A stretch of DNA of 63,942 nucleotides, counting the filler, from an uncultured Acidimicrobiia bacterium (GTDB lineage Bacteria > Actinomycetota > Acidimicrobiia > Spongiisociales > JAOTWH01): assembly GCA_964347285.1 (NCBI GenBank). It is 5 parts of 5 records of this genome, joined end to end, with 100 filler letters (N's around TTAATTAATTAA, not from the genome) between each part and the next. Parts side by side here need not be neighbours in the genome. Positions count along the whole stretch, not along the records: positions 32,540 to 47,299 come from CAYFYE010000062.1; positions 47,400 to 61,515 come from CAYFYE010000064.1; 3 more parts are not named here. One strand, written 5' to 3'. The position numbers and the translations under genes are program-made. The number at the start of each line of letters is the position of its first letter. Position 1 is the first letter of the stretch. The notes beneath the pieces are model-generated. The model did no database searches and had not been told where the DNA came from. It saw only the letters and a program-made list of their open reading frames with translations. This document shows, in pieces, positions 37,971-48,525 of this stretch.

Positions 37971-39689
37971 ATGGTGCAAGAAGGAAGCGAGCGGACCCTC
38001 CCCGAGGTGGGCGAACCGCGCCGATTACGGCTCGGCTCGCTGACGATCACGGGACGGAGGCGCCGTCCATCGGGAGAACGACCGCCCGTACCCCGCACGC
38101 TTCGTATCAGCGGCTGGATGTGGGTCCTTTCCGGCCTCGCGGTCCTCCTCGCCTGGCTCTCGCTGTTTCTCTGGCCGCAGACCCAACGCCTGTGGTACCG
38201 GGTCGATCACGAGGTGACGTTCTGGCTGGCCGACCTGCGCACCGGCGCCGCCACCACCACGATGAAGGCGCTGCAGTTCCTCGGCTCGGAGTGGATGATC
38301 CTGATCCTCCGCTGGGGAGCGATCCTGGTCCTGGTGATCTTCAGGCGGTGGCGCCACCTTCTGGCGTTCGTGGTCGCCATCACCTTGCTCGAATCGTTCG
38401 TCAACGTCGTGAACCTGACCACCATCCGGGAGCGGCCCCTGGCCGTCGAGATCATCGGTGAGTGGTCCGGTTCCTCTCATCCCTCCCAGCCGGTGGCCTC
38501 CCTCGCCGTCACCCTGGTGGCCATGCGCTACTCGCTCCTCCCCACCAACTGGCGATGGAAGACGCGTTGGATCGTTGCGGCCCTCGTGGTGGGAATTCTC
38601 GGTGTGGCCCAGCTCTACCTCGGAGTGGATCATCCAACCGACGTGCTGTTTGCCGCCCTCATTGCCACAACCATCGGGGTACTGACCTTCCGGCTGCTGA
38701 CTCCCGCAACCGTCTTCCCGGTCAGCTACCAGCGGAGGAGACCGGCGCATCTCGAGCTCGGCACCGAGCGGCGCCGGGTCATCGGGCGGGCATTCAGGGA
38801 CCAGATGGGAATCGAGGTGCAGGACATCGAACCATTCGGGCTGGAAGGCTCGGCCGGATCGACTCCGCTGTGCATCAACGTTCGAGACGAATCCGGCGAA
38901 CGCTGCGTGTTCGCCAAGCTCTACGCCAGCACCCACCTCAGGTCGGATCGCTGGTACAAGCTGGCCCGCACGATCCTCTACGGGTATCTCGAAGACGAGG
39001 TGCACTTCAACTCGGTGACTCGGCTCGTGGAATACGAGGACTACATGCTGCGCCTCATGCAGGACGCCGGGCTACGGGCCCCTCAGCCATACGGCTTCGT
39101 GGAACTGATCCCCGAGGAGGAGTATCTGATCGTCACCGAGTTCATCGACGGGGGTCAGGAAATGGAAGTGGCCGAGGTCACCGACGTGATCATCGACAGC
39201 GCCCTGGGATTGGTCCGCCAGATGTGGGATGCCCGGCTGGCCCATCGTGACATCAAGCCGGCCAACGTTCTCGTGGTCGGCGAGGAGGTCTGGCTGATCG
39301 ATGTGGCGTTCGCTACCGCCCGGCCCACCCCATGGCGGCAAGCGGTCGACCTGGCCAACATGATGCTCATCCTCGCCCTCCACGCCCCGCCCCAGCGCGT
39401 TTACGAGCGAGCCCGGCAGTGGTTCACCCCGACGGACGTCGCCGAGGCGTTCGCCGCCACCCAGAGCGTCACGATGCCCACCCAGCTGCGCGCCAAGCTG
39501 CGGGAGCACCAGATGGTCGAGGGAGTCGATCTCGTCGCCGCATTTCGGGAGCTGGCGCCCCCCGCCGTTCCAATTGCCGTGCAGCGGTGGAGCATGCGCC
39601 GCCTGGCGCTCAGTGTCGCGGTACTGGCCGGCTTTTCCGGCCTCGCCCTGCTGGTGGCCTTCAACATTCGTCAGGCGGGGTTTCTGTGA
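37971..39689 (+). CDS. Degenerate PAP2 membrane domain fused to protein-kinase-like domain
   Basis: RERP, HPSQ, LYLGVDHPTD; FAKLY, HRDIKPANV, LIDVAF. Confidence 0.85.
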   Translation: MVQEGSERTLPEVGEPRRLRLGSLTITGRRRRPSGERPPVPRTLRISGWMWVLSGLAVLLAWLSLFLWPQTQRLWYRVDHEVTFWLADLRTGAATTTMKALQFLGSEWMILILRWGAILVLVIFRRWRHLLAFVVAITLLESFVNVVNLTTIRERPLAVEIIGEWSGSSHPSQPVASLAVTLVAMRYSLLPTNWRWKTRWIVAALVVGILGVAQLYLGVDHPTDVLFAALIATTIGVLTFRLLTPATVFPVSYQRRRPAHLELGTERRRVIGRAFRDQMGIEVQDIEPFGLEGSAGSTPLCINVRDESGERCVFAKLYASTHLRSDRWYKLARTILYGYLEDEVHFNSVTRLVEYEDYMLRLMQDAGLRAPQPYGFVELIPEEEYLIVTEFIDGGQEMEVAEVTDVIIDSALGLVRQMWDARLAHRDIKPANVLVVGEEVWLIDVAFATARPTPWRQAVDLANMMLILALHAPPQRVYERARQWFTPTDVAEAFAATQSVTMPTQLRAKLREHQMVEGVDLVAAFRELAPPAVPIAVQRWSMRRLALSVAVLAGFSGLALLVAFNIRQAGFL

Positions 39690-40231
39690 GGCGCCCTCTG
39701 TCTTTGCTGCTGGTTGCCGGGTTGGCCCTCTCTGCCTGCACATCTACCCAGCGGGCCAGGATCAGTCCCCGCTGCGACTTCGACAACGGGAGCGTCCTCC
39801 TGCTCATGGCCCAGTCCGTCCCGACGGCCCAGCTCATCCCCTGCATCGAGGCCCTGCCGATCGGCTGGGAGTTTCGGACCGTCCGGGTCAGGGAGGGTGA
39901 AGCCCGATTCCTCCTCGATTCGGACCGGTTCGGCAACGCGTTCCTGGAGGTCGGTTTGACCCCGGCGTGCGATCACGACTTCGTCGGCCAGCCGTACCTG
40001 GTACGGGGTGGATTCACCCGCCGATCGATCGAGGTGCAGGCGGCCCGAGGCCAATACCTGGGCAACTGGTACTTCAGCTTCGACGGGGGATGTGTGACCT
40101 ATCGGTTCGCGGCCCTGGGCCAGGAGATCCCGTTCATTCATACCGAGACGGAAGAGGCGTTGTCGTTCGTAACCCGTGGGGCGGTCGACCGCTTCGTCCG
40201 CGACGCAGTGGACATCCCGCTCGACCCCTGA
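39686..40231 (+). CDS. Cys-rich lipoprotein
   Basis: GTGA overlap with upstream gene, lipobox LSAC, LMAQSVPTAQLIPC, FDGGCVTY. Confidence 0.8.
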   Translation: MRRPLSLLLVAGLALSACTSTQRARISPRCDFDNGSVLLLMAQSVPTAQLIPCIEALPIGWEFRTVRVREGEARFLLDSDRFGNAFLEVGLTPACDHDFVGQPYLVRGGFTRRSIEVQAARGQYLGNWYFSFDGGCVTYRFAALGQEIPFIHTETEEALSFVTRGAVDRFVRDAVDIPLDP

Positions 40232-40252
40232 GCGAGGAGAGCCGGGCCCTCG

Positions 40253-42376
40253 TTACGGCGTCAGGAGTCGATAGACCCGGCCCCCGCCCTCCACGAGTAC
40301 GAGGTCGAGGCGATTGCTCCCCGGCCTCAGCCGATCCGGCGGCAAGAACGCGGTGAGGCTGGTGCGGGGCCCGGCGGTGTCGAACGAGCGGGTCACCGCC
40401 ACCACCTCTCCGTCCAATGCCACGGCCACCACGACGTCACCAGGGAAATCCCCAGAACCGGTGAGTTCTGCGGCAATGATCACCGGGAGCACCGGTGCCG
40501 ATGGGTCGACGTCGTCGAGGCTCGGTGTGGCTCGAACCTGGATGCCGCCAGCGTCCTCGAGCTGCATCGAATCGAGGGACCGGCCGAGCACGTCCCGGTA
40601 GCCGGGCGGGGCCAGCGAGAACGGATCGCCGGCTTCGAAGAAGCGGGCTTTGCGCTCGACCGTCTCCCACTTCTCCGATCCGTCGGCGCCGAAGGTGACG
40701 TCGCCTTCGGCCCCGGTGATCGTGGTCTCGGTACGCCGGGGGCGCTCATCGGCGAACAGCACCGTTCCATCGGTGTCCCAGGGCACTTCCACGTCGAGCA
40801 GGTCGGCGATAGTGGGGACCACGTCGGTCGTGACCGCCCGGTAGTCATCGGTTCCTCCGAAGGCCTGGAAGGGAGCCTTGATGAACAGGGGGATGGCGGC
40901 GACCTCGCCGACGGTGTCGGGCTTGGCGATCCGGCGGTGGACGACGTTGGTGCGAATGGTGATCCCGTGGTCGGACAACACCACCACGACCGCCTCGTCG
41001 TAGATCCCGGCCCTCTCGAGACGGGTGATCATGTCGCCGACCAACCGATCGGCGAACTGCACCTGGATGAGATGGCGCTGATAGGCCTGGGCAACCAGCC
41101 AGTCGTCGTCGCCCCATCCGGTGGTGACCGACCCGGGCGCCGGCCCCCCTTCGTACTCCTGGCCGGAGGGCAGGTACTGCCACGGGACGTGAGGCAGCAG
41201 CACATGGGTGAAATAGAACACCGGCTCATCCCCCTGCGGAGCGATCGAGTTCAAGAAGCGGGCGACCGGCCGGCGCCGATCCTCGCCCACCTCCTCGAGG
41301 AAGCGGTCGATGATGTTGAACTCTCCGGCGTCGTAGTCCTCGTCCGTCAGCTCGGGACGGTCGCCGAAATCGCCCCACGACTGGTCGATGGGAGGAAGAC
41401 TGCCAGTCAGCTCGGTGGGAAGCACCACATGGGCGGTGACGATGCTCAGATCGTCGGCCAGGGCCCGCCACCGCCGGACGACCGGAGCGGTCTGCCGTCC
41501 GGTGTTCTCGCAGGCGTACGTCGGGCACAGCTCGGTCACCGCCTCGAATGCCCGGATCTCGTGGGAGTCGCTGAGCAGGCTGAACAGGCTGGCCGGGTAG
41601 TCGGAGGCAAACGGGAGGCGACCCCTGGGACGGTTGGTGCCGGTCAGGATCGCCGGCAGTGATTCCTGGGTCTGCTGTTGGACCGTGATCGCGTTGCGAA
41701 ACCACGTCCCGTCCTCGGCGAGGCGGGCGAAGTTGGGAAAGACGTCGGCAGGGATAGAGCCGTCCTCGGCCATCAACGACGCCACCGGGAACTCGTCGAA
41801 AACCACCAGCACCACCGGAGCCGGGTTGCCCACCGTCACGCCTTCGGGACGGGCGATGCTCGAACGCAGCACCAGCCCCGAGGCCGATGAGGCGAACAGG
41901 AACACGAGGGCGAACACCAGCGGAGCGATCGAGGCAAAGCGCAACAGCGTGCGCATCGTCTCGAAGCGGGCGTAGGCCACGGCCACCAAGAACCCGGCCC
42001 CGGCGCTGATCAACAGCTGGGCCCAACCGGGGAGGACATCGGTCGGGCTCCGCTTGATCACACCAGCCACCAGGATCGCCCCCAGCAAGCCGAGGATCAC
42101 CAGATGGGTGATCCGACCGGCACGCCGATTCAGCCGACCGATACCGACGACCAGCGCCGCCAGCAGCCCGGGAATCACCAGGGCAAAGGCCACGGTCACC
42201 ACGATGATGTCGATGGGTGGGGCGGCCCGGGCCAGAAAGAACTCGGCGTTCCTTCCCAGCAGGTCGAAAAGAGGCTGGGCGACGGCGAAGGCGAACAGCG
42301 CAACGATCGACACCACCACGTCGAAGCTCCCCACCGGCCACGCTCGGCGCGCCGCTGAAGCGGAAGCCGAGGTCAT
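40253..42376 (-). CDS. Membrane-anchored sulfatase/LTA-synthase-like hydrolase/transferase
   Basis: 5 N-terminal TM, VVFDEF, T..SLPAILTG, LLPHVPW, LSDHG, IPLFIK. Confidence 0.88.
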   Translation of the reverse strand: MTSASASAARRAWPVGSFDVVVSIVALFAFAVAQPLFDLLGRNAEFFLARAAPPIDIIVVTVAFALVIPGLLAALVVGIGRLNRRAGRITHLVILGLLGAILVAGVIKRSPTDVLPGWAQLLISAGAGFLVAVAYARFETMRTLLRFASIAPLVFALVFLFASSASGLVLRSSIARPEGVTVGNPAPVVLVVFDEFPVASLMAEDGSIPADVFPNFARLAEDGTWFRNAITVQQQTQESLPAILTGTNRPRGRLPFASDYPASLFSLLSDSHEIRAFEAVTELCPTYACENTGRQTAPVVRRWRALADDLSIVTAHVVLPTELTGSLPPIDQSWGDFGDRPELTDEDYDAGEFNIIDRFLEEVGEDRRRPVARFLNSIAPQGDEPVFYFTHVLLPHVPWQYLPSGQEYEGGPAPGSVTTGWGDDDWLVAQAYQRHLIQVQFADRLVGDMITRLERAGIYDEAVVVVLSDHGITIRTNVVHRRIAKPDTVGEVAAIPLFIKAPFQAFGGTDDYRAVTTDVVPTIADLLDVEVPWDTDGTVLFADERPRRTETTITGAEGDVTFGADGSEKWETVERKARFFEAGDPFSLAPPGYRDVLGRSLDSMQLEDAGGIQVRATPSLDDVDPSAPVLPVIIAAELTGSGDFPGDVVVAVALDGEVVAVTRSFDTAGPRTSLTAFLPPDRLRPGSNRLDLVLVEGGGRVYRLLTP

Positions 42377-42378
42377 CG

Positions 42379-43818
42379 TCAGCGGCGGGGCCTGAGTGAC
42401 AGCAACGTGCGGGCTCCGCCCTCGAGCCCCATTTCGGCTTCGATCTCGAACGCCCGATCGAGATAGGCCCGCAGTGCAGGCTCCGTGTAGTCGGGATGAA
42501 TCTCATGACTTCGCTTGTTGGCCGTCAGCCGATCGACCATCGGATCGCCCGAGGACACCCACTCCAGGACCACCCTGGCGTCGAGATCCGCCAACCACTC
42601 GACCACTGCGCCCAGCGGAATGTTGGCCCCGATCACGAGGTGGTGAACGAGCGCCAGCAGGAGGACGAGATCGGGCCGACCCCGATCCTCGAGGGGGCGG
42701 CGCTCGCGGCCGCGCCACCCCAGACCCGGGGAAGGATTGGCCAGATCGCCCACGAGCGGTAGCACGTTGCCGACTCCATCTCGTTCGAGACCGCGGTACA
42801 TCCGGTCCACCACTAGCTCGTCGGCGTCCAGCGCCACCACCATGTCGGCCGATCGGGCGGCGAGGCGCGAGAAGTGCCCATCGTTGGCGCCCAGGTCCCA
42901 TACCAGGCCCGGGCGATGCTCAGCGACCACACCGGCCACGAAGGCAGACTTCGCATCCCGGTGGCGAGCCACGTGCTCGTATTCGGCGCTGTAGTGGGAC
43001 CAGGTCGATCGGTCCCGTCGCCGACTCAGCTTGTTGATCACCCTGGCGAGACGGGCCACGTTCGCCTCGATGAGCTCCTTGCGGAAGCCGGCCTCCTTCA
43101 GTTCGGCCCGCATGTCCCGACTGCTGGCGGCGTAGCGCCGCTCGGCACGAGCTTGAAGCGATACGTGCAGCAGTACGCCCCGCCGAAACAGATCCCGGAC
43201 CGACATGAGGCGGCGCATTTCCTCGGCGGTGATCCCCTCGGGATCCCCTCGCAGGCGAGGCTGGAACGGCACCCCTTTGTAGGCCGTCAACATCAACGGA
43301 TACAGGTACTGGCGACAGAACTGCCGGTAGGCGATCCAGGGCTCACCGGACCCGAGGCGCTCGAAGGAGCCGATGTCGATGAACACCGGCCGGCTCCCCA
43401 GCCACTGGACGTTGAAGGGGGTGGCGTCCTTGAGAATGAAGTCTTCGGCCAGGGCCGCGCCGAGCAATTCGAGCTGGAGCAGGGCGGCATCCTTGAGCAT
43501 CGAGAACGGCCATTCGTAGGGGTAGGAGACGAAGGGAATCCGCTCGTGGCGGAGCACTCCCGCCCACTTCTCGGCAACGTCGGCACCCGTCTCCTCCCGG
43601 GTGGCAACGATGCGTCCCGCCTCCATCTGAGCCGGGAAGAAACGGGTCGCCGCCAAGGCCCGCCAATCGCCCAGGGCCCGCTCGTTCAGGAAGCGATAGA
43701 CCTCACCATCGCGATAGACCACTCGACCGGCCGGATCGCGGAACGAGCCGGGCTCGTCGCCGGTGTGCGGACCGGTTGAGCCGACGGCATCGCCTCGGAA
43801 GGATTCTGCGTCAGGCAT
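42379..43818 (-). CDS. NoeA-like kinase-like + class I SAM methyltransferase fusion
   Basis: GSFRDPAG, SYPYEW, LKDATPFN, FIDIGSF, WDLGANDG, LALVHH; start uncertain. Confidence 0.85.
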   Translation of the reverse strand: MPDAESFRGDAVGSTGPHTGDEPGSFRDPAGRVVYRDGEVYRFLNERALGDWRALAATRFFPAQMEAGRIVATREETGADVAEKWAGVLRHERIPFVSYPYEWPFSMLKDAALLQLELLGAALAEDFILKDATPFNVQWLGSRPVFIDIGSFERLGSGEPWIAYRQFCRQYLYPLMLTAYKGVPFQPRLRGDPEGITAEEMRRLMSVRDLFRRGVLLHVSLQARAERRYAASSRDMRAELKEAGFRKELIEANVARLARVINKLSRRRDRSTWSHYSAEYEHVARHRDAKSAFVAGVVAEHRPGLVWDLGANDGHFSRLAARSADMVVALDADELVVDRMYRGLERDGVGNVLPLVGDLANPSPGLGWRGRERRPLEDRGRPDLVLLLALVHHLVIGANIPLGAVVEWLADLDARVVLEWVSSGDPMVDRLTANKRSHEIHPDYTEPALRAYLDRAFEIEAEMGLEGGARTLLSLRPRR

Positions 43819-43838
43819 CGTCGGCCTGGGCGTCGGGC

Positions 43839-44018
43839 TCAGGCGGATTCGTCGCCGGAGTGAGCGGACTCGTCCTCGGTCACCGGCTGCTCCTCGGACC
43901 GTTTGAAGAGGCGCCGACCGACGGTCTTGAAGAACACGGCTACTCCCACCACCCCACCGAGCACGGCCTGCAGGATGAGACTGCCACTCCCCGGGTCCAG
44001 ATAGCCGATGATCTTCAT
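43839..44018 (-). CDS. Small single-TM protein with YLDPGSGS motif (59 aa)
   Basis: RBS GAGG; MKIIGYLDPGSGSLILQAVLGGVVGVAVFFK then basic and acidic tail. Confidence 0.85.
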   Translation of the reverse strand: MKIIGYLDPGSGSLILQAVLGGVVGVAVFFKTVGRRLFKRSEEQPVTEDESAHSGDESA

Positions 44019-44325
44019 ACGGTTGCCTCTCCCATACGATGCAATGCCGTCCGGATCGCACCCCCAAGGTCGTCTGAGTGTAGCGGGACCATGAATGAAG
44101 GCCTCCGGGTCGGTCTGCGAAGCGTTTCGGGGCCCGAGACGGTTGCCTTGAGCCAATCGGTGCTGATTGTCCGAACCATTCGGCGTCGGCAAGCCTCCGG
44201 AGACAACGGTTCCGGCCACGGTATGAGCTCGCCCCGGCGGTCGGGCCCACAATCCGCCAGACTGGCTGCAGCGCTGCCGGAAAACCAGCAGGCCGGTGCC
44301 GAGGCCACCCAGGGCCCGATCTCAC

Positions 44326-45798
<1,473 letters not shown>

Positions 45799-45880
45799 GG
45801 GCCTACTCTTCCGGCCCCTGCAGGCCGCCGGCATGGAAGGCGAGTGCTGCACCGGCGCCGATCCCACCTCGCACCACCCC

Positions 45881-46945
45881 CTACGCTCTGGACGGCGCCG
45901 ATCCCGCCAGCTGCTCGGCATTACTTCTGGCATAGCGGAGGGCATCGCCGATGGTCATCGTCGCCCCCTCGCCCTCGGCCGCGGCGAACGCCTCCGCCCC
46001 CAGGCCGGCGCGGGCTTCCTCGAGGCATGCGTCGAGATGCCCGCGCCACCACGACCACATCGGCCAGCCGTGGGCCTCGGCCAGGGCTAACAGCCCTGCT
46101 TCCAGCCGAGCGGCCTCGGCCCACCGGTTGGCGGCGGCCAGTACCGACACGACGATGCCGAAAGCGAAGGCGTAACGCTCACCACCGCCCAGGCCGATCG
46201 CGCACCCGACGGCGGCGCCGGCTTTGTCGGCGGCGGCCGGAACCTCGCCCCGGTCGCGGTGCACCAGCGCCCGGCCCGCGTAGCCGTAGACCAGGGTGGG
46301 CCTGGTCTCCAGCTCCTCCCACAGTCCGACGCCGTGGTCGAAGCGCTTGGCGGCAGTGGCCAGGTCCGCCTGAAGCCACGCCACCACACCGAGCCCGAGA
46401 TCGGACCAGGCCTCGTGGTCGACGCCGGGCGCTGCCGCCTCCGACCGAGCCGCCTCGGTCTTCTCCTCGGCGTCGGCGAGGTCTCCCACCTCCAGCGCCA
46501 GCCAGCCGAGGTTGATGAGCAGCGGCACATCGCTGGTCCCCGCCCGGTGCTTGGTGTCCAGAGCCTCCTCGTAGAGACGGCGGGCCCCAGCTAGATCTTT
46601 CCGGCCGACGGCGAGGTTGCCCAAGTTGTTGAGGGTGTCGGCCGCCCGGTCCACTTCGCCGGCCCTTTGCAGGAGGCGGAGGCCCGCCTCGAGATATCGG
46701 CCGGCCTCGTCGAGATCGTTCTGATAGAGCCATCGACCCGGCCGCGTGGAGGGCCAGACCCAGCACCTCGTCCGGCCCCTCAGCCCCCGCTTCCAGAAGG
46801 CGGTTCAGCCATTCCCGGCCCTCGCTCCAGTCGCCGTGCCGGATCCAGTAACGGCCGAGGCCGGCCGCCAATCGCAGCCCGATCTCGGTGGCCCCGCTGC
46901 TCAGCGACCACCGCAGCGCCGCCCGCAGGTTGTCCTGCTGGGAGC
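45881..46945 (-). pseudogene. 5'-truncated, frameshifted TPR region of a STAND/NB-ARC-type regulator
   Basis: DNLRAAL.W...LRLA..LGRYW...EGR.WL; frameshift near 46729 into YQNDLDEA...TLNNLGNLA. Confidence 0.75.
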
Positions 46946-47014
46946 CCCACCTGCCCACCTGGCCACTCTTCTTTGGACCTGCCGGTTCTTTCGGTGATTA
47001 ACACGCAAAGCAGC

Positions 47015-47047
47015 AAAAAGCAGGGGCCGGGCACGAGGCCCGACCCC
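47015..47047 (-). terminator. Intrinsic terminator
   Basis: GGGGUCGGGC-CUCGU-GCCCGGCCCC followed by UGCUUUUU. Confidence 0.65.
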
Positions 47048-47133
47048 ATGATCTACCGCTGGCGGTAGTGATGGTAACTAGTACGGGACCGTCGACGAAT
47101 GGAGAGACATACCGGTTCCTGCGGGAACACGAG

Positions 47134-47162
47134 AAAGGCCGGGAGAGGTCTCCCGGCCTTTT
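47134..47162. terminator. Intrinsic terminator (possibly bidirectional)
   Basis: aaaggccgggag-aggt-ctcccggccttt, 12-bp perfect stem downstream of a minus-strand stop. Confidence 0.75.
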
Positions 47163-47184
47163 CCGGCAGTATCGGAACGGACCG

Positions 47185-47299
47185 CTATCGAATACCCATT
47201 GGGCCGGTGTCGATCGGCTCTGGTGGCTGCTCGATACCGAACGCGCCGGCGTCCCTGAGGGCCATCTCCACCTCGGCGAACGCGTTGAGCGGGGTGTAG
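47185..47299 (-). CDS. C-terminal end of unknown protein (contig-truncated)
   Basis: YTPLNAFAEVEMALRDAGAFGIEQPPEPIDTGPMGIR* followed by terminator. Confidence 0.5.
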
Positions 47300-47399
47300 N
47301 NNNNNNNNNNNNNNNNNNNNNNNNNNNNNNNNNNNNNNNNNNNTTAATTAATTAANNNNNNNNNNNNNNNNNNNNNNNNNNNNNNNNNNNNNNNNNNNN
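47300..47399. other. Artificial contig linker
   Basis: N run + TTAATTAATTAA + N run. Confidence 0.98.
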
Positions 47400-47488
47400 C
47401 GGCCGGCGAGGGGCCCGTCGATGGTCGCCACTGGTTGACTGCCGACGCCACCTAGCGGGCGGCCCAGCGGACGGCGTAGGCTGAGCCG

Positions 47489-48283
47489 ATGCCGATGGCA
47501 GCCGTGGGCGACGTCGACCTGTCTTACGACGAGCACGGCCAAGGTCCCCCTGTGGTCCTCATTCACGGCCTGGCGGGTGACCGCAGCGCCTGGCAGGCCC
47601 AGATCGAGCGACTGGCGCCGAATTACCGGGTGATCGCCTTCGACAATCGGGGTGCCGGGCGGAGCTCGGCGCCGGACTACCCGTATACGACGCGGCACTT
47701 CGCCGACGACACGGTCGGGCTGCTCGATGCACTCGGGATCACCGAGCCGGCCCATATCATCGGGCGCTCGATGGGTGGCGCCGTCGCCCAGGAGATCGCC
47801 CTGGGCTACCCGGACCGGCTGCGGAGCATGATCATCACGGCCTCGTTCGGGAAGCTTGACCGCTACGGCTACCAGATCCTCGAAAGCATCAACGAGGTAG
47901 TAAAGGCCCAGGGCTACGCCGCGGCCGCCAAGATCCAGTCACTGTTCTTCTTTCCCCCGGTCTACTTCAACGAGCACAGGGAGCAGATGGAGGCGTTCCA
48001 AGCCGCGCTCGCCGACACCGACCGGCCCATCCACGGCTACACGAACTCCACTCACGCCTGCCTTGCTCACGACGCGCTCGACCGGCTCCCCGAGGTGCGG
48101 GCTCCGACACTGGTGCTGGCCGGTGGCCAGGACGTGCTCTGCGCCGCCGATGCCTCACGACAGATCGCCGAGCTGGTTCCTGGGGCTGAGTTGAAGGTCT
48201 ACGAGGACGCCAGCCACTTCTTCCTCATCCAGCGCTTCGAGGAATCGATGCAGGACATCGAGGACTTCCTGGCCAGGCACTGA
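47489..48283 (+). CDS. Alpha/beta fold hydrolase
   Basis: LIHG, DNRGAGRS, GRSMGG nucleophile, G.QD, ASH. Confidence 0.93.
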   Translation: MPMAAVGDVDLSYDEHGQGPPVVLIHGLAGDRSAWQAQIERLAPNYRVIAFDNRGAGRSSAPDYPYTTRHFADDTVGLLDALGITEPAHIIGRSMGGAVAQEIALGYPDRLRSMIITASFGKLDRYGYQILESINEVVKAQGYAAAAKIQSLFFFPPVYFNEHREQMEAFQAALADTDRPIHGYTNSTHACLAHDALDRLPEVRAPTLVLAGGQDVLCAADASRQIAELVPGAELKVYEDASHFFLIQRFEESMQDIEDFLARH

Positions 48284-48525
48284 TGATGGCTCGCGTCAGC
48301 TCTTCAGCGATGCGGCCGCGGCGACGACATCGGCCGGCTCGGCCTGACCCTCTGATCGAGATCGACGAAGGTGTATCGGATCGCGCCGGCCCCGCGAGCC
48401 TCCAGCGCCTCTGCAAGCGTCATGGAGCCTTCCCGCTCTGCCCTGGCCTGCGACCGAAGGTCGCTGACGCTAACACCGCGCGACAGCGACGGTGAGGAGC
48501 CGAAGACGGCCGCGACGGTCGTAGG

